A DNA stretch of 64,000 bases, from NCBI RefSeq assembly GCF_009914755.1, contig NC_060943.1; one strand, written 5' to 3'. This document shows, one piece after another, positions 55,470 through 64,000 of the stretch. Numbering within the stretch: position 1 is the stretch's first letter; every line of letters begins with the position of its first letter. The DNA comes from the human T2T-CHM13v2.0 reference genome, Homo sapiens. The notes beneath the pieces are model-generated. The model searched no databases, was not told where the DNA came from, and saw only the letters and a list, made by a program, of their open reading frames with translations. The translations under genes and the position numbers were made by a program.

Positions 55470-57364
55470 TTTTTCTTTTTTAAAACCACCGTTGCTATCA
55501 TGGCTTGTTCATGGTGTCTGGTCTCTCTCCAGAGGCATCTTCCCCATCTGCAGACTAAAAGCAAACAGCATAAACCGATACACATTAAAGTAAAATTTGC
55601 AATAGTTGATCCTCCAACGGTCCATTTAAGAGGATTCACATTTGAAAGTCCATCAGCAGCTCCAGCTAGGATGTCAATTCCAGGCAGGAGAGTGAAATGA
55701 GCCTGAGATGCTTCAAAAATGTGTTCCTTTCATTTGGCTATATCCAATGTTAAATTTCCATCCCTTCCTTCCAGATGATGTCTAACTTTTTCCCAATGAT
55801 GTTCAGTAGCATTATGTGAATGGGGATTTACGCAGAAATCAGAAGTATTTCCAATCACATTACATTTGCAATAGATGCTCTAAGCTCATTATACAATCTC
55901 CCATCCATATTAACAGTCTGTCTAAGATCATTGATTTGCCAATTTTCTTTGGTCTGTTTGAGTCTGAGAATTCCACAATTTTGAGGAATTATTTTGCCAA
56001 TTATTTACATATTCTGCAGTTTGAACAGAGGAATGTAAAGCAATTCCAGCAGCACTCCCCTTAACATTTCTGTGATGATATGAATGTAAGGAGAGGCTTC
56101 CCATGGTCTATTGAGGGAAACTGGTATCCAAACTCCTTCTCTGGCCCTTACCAGCAACACAGATGTTTTCACACAAAACGTGGAATCAATACGGGTGAAA
56201 AGGCAACAGTTTTGACATTTAATAATTTTAGAATTAGGTCATATATGAATATTTCTGACCATCAACATGAAAGGAGGCTTGACACAACTCTGAATGGATA
56301 CTGTTCTGTTGGAAGAAAACTGATACACAAATTGAAGTGTCTCACCTTCTCCATCAAGATAGTATTTTCCTTCCAAACTCGAATATGAGATTGGGCCATC
56401 ATTAACTTCCATAGTTCAGGGTGTTCAGGGCCTATTATTGGATTAATTATTTTTGGATGTGGTCCGGCCGTACCAAAATTGGTCCAAATTATGGGAAAAT
56501 GAGCACACTTTTCAGTGTAAGTAGTGTCATCTCTTTGATAGTATAGATCCTGTTTTAGTTTTGTCTTTCATCTATCATTCTGATTGGTACAATTAACTGC
56601 AAAAGTCCTCTTAGGGGACCAATCAATGATGATTCCATAGGAATTATTTTGCAGTAGCACACCGTGATCAGCAATGCAATCTTTCCAAATCAATATTTCT
56701 AAATCCTTTGACCATTGTTGAGATTGTTGACACCTCTCTTTTCTGGTCTTAAATTGTTCCAGTTGGACCGAACTCTGTGAATGAGCCAGGCTCCATCCAG
56801 AAAGTAAATGATAGGATACTGGTCTTTGATTATGACCTGAAGTCTTAACTAGCCAATGTTGTTGATAGCCTTTTAGGCAACCGATAGCTGGCCCTATGTA
56901 AAGAGGGGGGACTGATAACCCATGGACACATTTATTAACATTCCTTCCTCCTCTGGGTGAGAGGGCCCATGAGTATCTGTAGGCTCAGGCATCCAAACAC
57001 TATTATTAACATAAACCTCAACCGGGGGTTCCAACAAAGTGACAGACCTAATTAAAGGCAGGAATGGGACATATGCCCAATAGGTATAATTTTGGTCTGC
57101 TGTAGTCACAGGGAGACTTACCGTCATAGCAATTACCGCAATCATAGCCACGATGAGGTTACTCGAGTTTAGTGGTTTTTGTTGTGCCTTCAGGTTTTCT
57201 TCTGCAAGCTGGGTCAGCCTCTTGATGTGTCCCAAGTCAGTGGGCTCACTTGACAGGTTTTGTTTGTCTTCATGTGGTCAGCTGAAATGTTCATTTGAGC
57301 CATCAGGTGTGCTTGGGGGTTGAGATCTTGGTTCCAAAATCCTTTTCTTTGGAATTTTGCTCAT
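55470..57364 (-). pseudogene. env: HML-10 env/rec region, disrupted and internally deleted
   Basis: NYTYWAYVPF signal-peptide/SU junction; TM C-terminus NPLKW...CLLLVCR. Confidence 0.85.
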
Positions 57365-59749
57365 GGTAGAGTTTAAGATGTTTTGTAGGTACCCAAACTG
57401 GAAGCTGGTTTTCTCCTGGGGAAATACAAGCAAACCCTCTTCCCCATGTTATAACTCTCCCTCTTTCCCAGGTCTTTGTTTTAAAGTCCTTCCACCACAC
57501 AGGTTTTCCTTCATGAACATTTATCTTCTGTCTTGTTAAATGCTGCTCAGCTGCTGTAGTAACCTGATCCTGGGAGATGTTCAAAAAATTTAAGGTAACA
57601 AGAGCCAATTGTAATTGCATATGAGGGGTGGAATATTCCCTATCTCCCCCTATCTCCTGTTTATGTAATTGCATTTTTAAGGTTCGATTGGCTCGCTCAA
57701 CAATCACTTGCCCTTGAGAATTATAGGGGATACTTGTACTGTGTTTAATGCTCCACTACAGTAGCCTGTCCATTGTCTGTTTTTAATTTTTTTGGAATTC
57801 CCATGACAGCAAAACAGGAAACCAAACGTCTTTTTATATGTGCTGCAGTCTCACCAGTTTGGCAAGTAGCCCATATAAAATGAGAATATGTATCTCTGGT
57901 TACATGGACATAAGAAAGTTTGCCAAATGTAGGAACGTGGGTGATGTCCATTTGCCAGATCTTGTCAGGTGCCAACCTTTGAGGCTTAACACCAGTTCTT
58001 TGATGTGGTAATTGCCTGGCACTGAGGTGAGTCAAAATTTGGGGCATCAGTCAGTGAGGGGGAAACCAACAAGTCAGCTTGCTGATTAGCCTTAGTCAAG
58101 GGTCCTGGAAGATTGGTATGTGCTAGGACATGAGTTATGAGTTATATAGAAAAGAAATTCCCAGGCATGCACAACTGCTTGTACAGAGTTGAACAATTGA
58201 TAAAGCTGTTCATCAATAATATATTTAATTAAGGCAGTTTTAATATGCAGAGTAGCTTACACAACATAAGCTGAATCTGAAACAATATTAACTGGCTGAT
58301 TAAAATCTTCTAATACTGTAATCACCACCTGTAATTTAGCTGTTTGGGCTGAGGAAAAGTTAGTATGGATAACTTTATCACAAGGTCCCACATATGCCAT
58401 TTTCCCAGTACTGTAGCCATCAGTAAAAGTAGTCACAGCTTCTTCCAAAGGGGCATCCTGAGTAATTTTTGGAAGAATCCATGTAGTTAATTTTAAGAAC
58501 TGGAAAGTTTTATTTTTAGGATAATGATTATCAATACATCCAACAAATTCCGCTAAATTAACTTGCCATGTAACTGAGTTAATAAATGCCTGTTTAATTT
58601 GATTTTTATTCATTGGAACTATAATTTTATTGGGCTCAGTGCCACAAAGTTTAACAATTCATATACCAGCCTGTCCGGTTAAAATTGCCATCTGATCTAA
58701 ATATACTGTAAGTGTTTTTATGGTATTATGTGGCAAAAAGGACCATTCAACTAAATCATCATTTTGAATAATAATCACCATTAGGGAGTGCAAAGTAGGG
58801 AAGACAATGAATTGTAGAGGCAAGTCTGAGTCAATCCTAATGACTTGGGCTTGCTGAATTTTTTCTTCAATTACTCTTAACTTTTTCATGGCCTCGGGTG
58901 TTAGTCCTCTTTTACTGTGTAAGCCGGAATCTCCCCTCAATACTGAGAAGAGATTAGACATAGCATAAGTAGCAATTCCTAAGGTGGGCCAAGTACAATA
59001 AATATCTCCTAACAATTTTTGAAAATCATTTCAAAATGATTTTTATTTCAAAAAGGTTTTTAAAGAATTTTTTCTAATTTGAACCTTTTGCGGCTTAATG
59101 GCTCTATCCTGTACTTGCATCCCCAAATACTGAAAAGGAGTCATTGTTTGAATTTTGTCAGGTGCTATAAGCAATCCAGCGTTTGTAATTGCCTTTTGTA
59201 AAGATGAATAACATTGAATAAGTTGTTCTCTATTTTTTGCTGCACATAGTATGTCATCCATGTAATGGATGATGTAACAATCTGGAAATTGATCTCTAAC
59301 AGGCTGGATACCTCTGCCCACAAAAGTTTGACAAACTGTGTGACTGTTTAACATATCCTGGGATAAAACCTTCCAAGGATATCTGGCTGCAGATTCTTTG
59401 TTATTAACAGCAAGGATGGTAAAGGAAATTTTTTCAAAATCTGCCTCTGCTAAAGGAATTGTAAAAAAGCAGTCTTTTTAAATCTATAATAACAAGCAGC
59501 CCGTCTTTAGGGATCATGGTGGGGGATGGGAGCCCAGGTTGTAAAGCTCTCATCGGTTGAATTACAGCTTTGACCCCTCACAAGTCAGTCAGCATGCGCC
59601 ATCTGCCGGACTTTGTCTTAATTACAAATATTGGGGAATTCCAAGGAAAGTGGGTGAAACATGGCCTTTTTCTAGTAGTTCTTTAACTATTTCATGAAAT
59701 TCCCCCAACTATTCCTTGCAGAGCGGCCACTGTTTGACCCAGACAGTAG
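57303..59749 (-). pseudogene. pol: HML-10 pol (RT, RNase H, integrase), disrupted
   Basis: [45 protein letters not shown] and WGRGFAC across several frames. Confidence 0.9.
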
Positions 59750-60352
59750 TAAACTGCAGGGCGAGCCTGAATTGCCCCCTCCCCATAATGAACTGCGGGG
59801 CAGGTAATAATTGGCACGGAGAGCCGAGTCTCGGTGAGCCGAGTATCGGGCTCCCTCCCCCACCACTCACTGGGTTGAGGAGGTGGTGGCCATTCTGGGC
59901 ATTCCTCTGGAGAAGCCGTGGGCTGAACAATTTTCTGAGTAGGTTTAGGGAAACTGGAGGGGATTGGCATAAATCACCTCTGGACTCTCCTTTTGGCTAG
60001 TACTTGGTAGAGGCGGTTCAGAGTTCTGATTATCAAACTCCTCTCTCTCCTCCTCTGACTCAGCCTCATCGTCTGTCTGAAAAGGCTCCAGTGCTGCACG
60101 CACCAATGACCAAACTGACCAAACAGGAAAAGGAATTTCCTTTCCTTCTCCCTTTGTTCTTTTAAGGTCCTTTCCAACTCTTTCCCAGTCTTTCAATTCC
60201 AAAGTTCCCTCTTTAGGCAACCAAGGACAAAACTGTTCCACAGCATGAAACAAATCCGTAAGATTTTCCTTATCAACTTTTACCCCACTATGCTTCAAGC
60301 GTTGCTGTAGCAAGCTCAAATACGTGGCGTACTTATATTCAGTTTGTCCCAT
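59750..60352 (-). pseudogene. gag: HML-10 gag 5' part (matrix); capsid, nucleocapsid and pro deleted
   Basis: MGQTEYKYATYLSLLQQRLKHSGVKV...FCPWLPKEGTLELKDWERVG, then an abrupt switch to pol (VWVKQWPL). Confidence 0.85.
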
Positions 60353-60504
60353 TTGTGTCCCTGGCTTTCTCTGAGTGCCTCGCTTACCTGCAGAGCTTAA
60401 AAACTTTTTCATCCTCAGGAGTCCTCCATCCGTCGGCCCTCCGTTTCACACGCTTGAGCGTTCCTTTACCAGATTCTCTCGGGCCCCATGGTTGGGTGCC
60501 AAGC

Positions 60505-61077
60505 TGTTGGGGACCAGCCTCAACACCACCCTTAGGGTACTCAAAGTCCAATGGTGACAAAGGAATGAGAAGAGACAAGTTAAGAGTGCATAAAGGTGGG
60601 GGCCACGGGGCCAGATTCAAGGTAGGAGCCTGCAAAAGGCCCTGATCTCTGGTCTCCACACTATTGTGTACAATCACTTAGATCTGAGAAGCAGATGTTG
60701 AGGGGTGAAACGATGAAAGGGAGGTGATGTGTCATACACCTAATCTATAGCAGTGGCGGTTTAGGTAAATTTTCTTTGTGCTGAAGCAGCATAAACTTTA
60801 CTACTGATTTATTCTTTAACTTATCAGAGAGCAGCTGTGGGGAGTGGGCTTAACTAGGAGCCAGCAAGTCTGGCCACATTCCATTGCTTCAAAGGAGTGT
60901 CTTTCTCCTTGAACACAATGTTTACAGATAAGAGAGCAGGTCTTGCTCAGAGCATGGGAACATTATGGCAATTAGGAGGCTTTCCTCCTCAGAGGCCTCT
61001 TGTGGCTTTCTGCAACTTATTGTCCCATATTTTTATGGCCAGTTTATACAGGCACCCCGTAAGCCCTTTCCCCAACA
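60505..61077 (-). mobile_element. 5' LTR (LTR14-like)
   Basis: TGTTGGGGAAAGGGCTT...GGTCCCCAACA, with terminal inverted repeat TGTTGGGGA/TCCCCAACA. Confidence 0.85.
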
Positions 61078-61531
61078 GTTTTCTCTATTTTTTTTAATGT
61101 TTATACCATTTTTTACTAGCTTAAAATAGAAAAATGTTGATGAACTAAATGTTGATGAACAGTTGATACATTTCATTGTTCCATACATGCTGAAATGGAC
61201 ACAAACAAAAATGGCGATTTTTAAGAAGTTGTTGAAAAACTCACTTGTGGACAACTGTTATATAAGTTAATTTAATCGTGTGTATATGTATGTCTACATG
61301 AGTGCATGGATGAGCAAGCCCATGGCTCTTATGAAACACTCATCATAATTTAATCAATAAGTTTTATATTTAACACTTGAAATTATCTCTACAGTAGTTT
61401 CCACGGCCTTAAATTTTTCCTACACTGTCACACTGAGTTAAACAATAGTAAGCATAGTGCTGTAGTATGTGTTTGCATGTGTGTATACATAATGTGTGCA
61501 TATATAATCAATATATAATACCCTTTCATGA

Positions 61532-61890
<359 letters not shown>

Positions 61891-63131
61891 CAATTTACTT
61901 TTGTAGATCATATCTGTTAGTAACTTGTTTTGCCCGGGAGGTGGAGGTTGTGGTGAGCTGAGATCGCACCACTGCACTCCAGCCTGGGCAACAAGAGCAA
62001 AGCACTATCTCAAAAAAAATAAAATAAAATAAAATAAATAAAAAATTTAGCTGAGCGTGGTGGCACAAACCTGTAGTCCCACCTGCTTGGGAGGCGGAGG
62101 TGGGAGGATCACTTGAGGGCAGTCAGTTGAGATGGCAGTGAGCATGATCAAACCACTGCATTCCAGCCTGTGGGAAACAGAGTGAGACCCCAACTCTTAA
62201 AAAAGAAAAAAAAAGAAAGAAAGAAAACAAACTACAAAATGCTGACGAAAGAAATCAAAGGCACTCAAATGGAGACATATACAATGTCAATTTATTGGAA
62301 GACTCAGCATAGAAACAATGTGAAATTAACCAAATTGATATACAACATTAATACATTTCCTATCAAGGTGTTTTGTGGATACTAACAAGATTATCCAAAA
62401 AATTATGTAGAAAGGCAAAAAAAGATAGAATGCCTAAAACATCTGGGAAAAAAAATAAAAAGGTTGGAATCATTTCATGTGATTTCAAGTCTTCTAATAT
62501 AGTATAAGTATTTCCTTCTTTTTTTCATATTTACAATAAACCTAGTTTATACCTGCCGTGATCTTATGTGCATACTCATGCATATTTTTTTTCTCCAAAT
62601 AACAGCTTCATTTATGTGCCCCCTAAACTTTTCACTACAGTAACAAAGGGAAGAAATGCATGAAACATAGAATGTAGACTGCAACATATGGAAAAGGAAA
62701 CTTTTTAAAATTGTGTACAAAAACAAAAAATAATTTTATTACAATTAAAGAACCAGAGAACATTTTGCTTAATACCATAATCAAAAATGACATTTCCGTA
62801 GCTTTTGGAAAAATGCTCTTCTAGTAGAGTCCTATTTATTATATATAACAATTAGATAATGATAAATTATATTATGTAAATAAACACTTCACAATAATTT
62901 TCACTGAACTGATATGAAAAATATCTTAGGCAATTTTACTAAACAGTATTTCACAAGCATTTTCAACAGTCATATTGTGCAATGGGACCTATGTGTCCAG
63001 CCACAAGAGGAATGTAATAAGCTATTACCATGAAGAAAATTGAAGTCTCTCCTAACCAAGTCTGGAGTTTCAAGAGTAAACATTCAGTGTTATCCTAAAG
63101 AGTTAGACTTCATTTTGTGATGTCTGAGTAA

Positions 63132-63717
63132 TGTGATGGTTAATATTAGGTGTCAACTTGAGTGAGTTGAAGGATATCTAGATGGCTGATAAAGTATTGT
63201 TTCTGGGTGTGTCTGTGAGGGTGTTGCCGAGGAGATTGACATTTGAGTCAGTGGACTAGGAGAGGAAGACCCACCCTCAATGTGAGTGGGCACCATCCGA
63301 CTGGCTGCCAGTGTGGCTAGAACAAAGCAGGTGGAAGAAGGTGGGATAACCTTGCTTGCTGAGTCTTCTGGTTCTCTTTCTTCTTCCCATGCTGGATGCT
63401 TGTTTATGCTTCTCCTGCCCTTGGACATCAGATTATAGGTTCTTCAGCCTTTGGACTCTGGGACTTGAACCAGCAGCTTCCTGGGATATCTCGAGCCTTT
63501 GGTCACAGACTGAAGGTTGCATCATTGGCTTCCTTGGTTTTGAGGTTTTCAGACTTGGACTGAGCCACTACCAGCTTCTCTCTTCTCCAGCTTGCATACA
63601 GCCTATCATGGGACCTTTGCCTTGTAATTGTGTGAACCAATTCTCCCTAATAAACTCCCTTTTATATATACATGTATCCCATTTGTTCTGTACCTATAGA
63701 GAACCCTGACTAATACA
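63132..63717 (+). mobile_element. MLT2-type LTR followed by the start of HERV-L internal sequence
   Basis: TGTGATGGTTAATATT...GAGAACCCTGACTAATACA, then a Leu-type PBS TGGTACCTGGAGTGG at ~63723. Confidence 0.85.
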
Positions 63718-63739
63718 GACTTTGGTACCTGGAGTGGTT

Positions 63740-64000
63740 TTTTTTTGTTTTTTTTTTTTTTTTGACAGGGTCTCACTCTTTTGCCCAGGCTGGAGTGCAG
63801 TGGTGCAATCTTGGCTCACTGCAACCTCCACCTCTGAGGTTCAAGCCATCCTCCTGCCTCAGCTCCCCAGGCAGCTGGGACTACAGGTGTGCACCACCAT
63901 ACCTGGCTAATTTTTGCATTTTTTGTATGATGCGGTTTTGCCATGCTTCCCAGGCTGATCTCGAACTCCCGAGCTCAAGTAATCCACCTGCCTTGGCCTC
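63740..64000 (-). mobile_element. Alu (cut by window edge)
   Basis: Alu consensus match. Confidence 0.85.

Larger units (their letters stand above)
55441..61077 (-). mobile_element. HERV-K(C4)/HML-10-type provirus (LTR14-like), antisense and intronic, 3' LTR almost fully deleted
   Basis: 5' LTR at 60505-61077, PBS TGGCACCCAACCATGGGG (Lys1,2-like), gag/pol/env remnants, 27-bp LTR end at 55441-55467, TSD GTTTT on both sides. Confidence 0.85.

Noticed and set aside
57303-60412. HML-10 gag/pol ORFs of 100-155 aa as functional proteins
   Set aside because: Fragmented by stops and frameshifts; capsid and protease are deleted.

Overview
Primate (human-like) DNA from a tandem KRAB-C2H2 zinc-finger cluster. 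The proteins match my recollection of ZNF528 and ZNF534 on human 19q13.41, and the third unit is probably the 5' end of ZNF578. All three units are on the + strand. ZNF528 contributes KRAB-A, KRAB-B and a zinc-finger exon (15 intact fingers). ZNF534 is complete from promoter to 3' region (14 intact and 3 degenerate fingers). The third unit shows only a CpG promoter, exon 1 and a frameshifted start exon. Insertions include an antisense HERV-K HML-6 provirus in a ZNF528 intron, an antisense HERV-K(C4)/HML-10-type provirus with both rec-type splice sites, solo LTR5 (HML-2) and MER9 (HML-3) LTRs, an MLT2/HERV-L start, L1 fragments and roughly 55-60 Alus (only some listed). There are two processed pseudogenes, DPPA5 and DUT. 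The most interesting signal is the CpG-rich DUT retrocopy: it derives from an alternatively spliced mitochondrial-isoform mRNA and has an AG acceptor that would join it in frame to the ZNF534 KRAB exons, predicting a finger-less KRAB-dUTPase chimera. Repeat boundaries and subfamily names are by eye. Gene names rest on recalled sequences, not on a database search.
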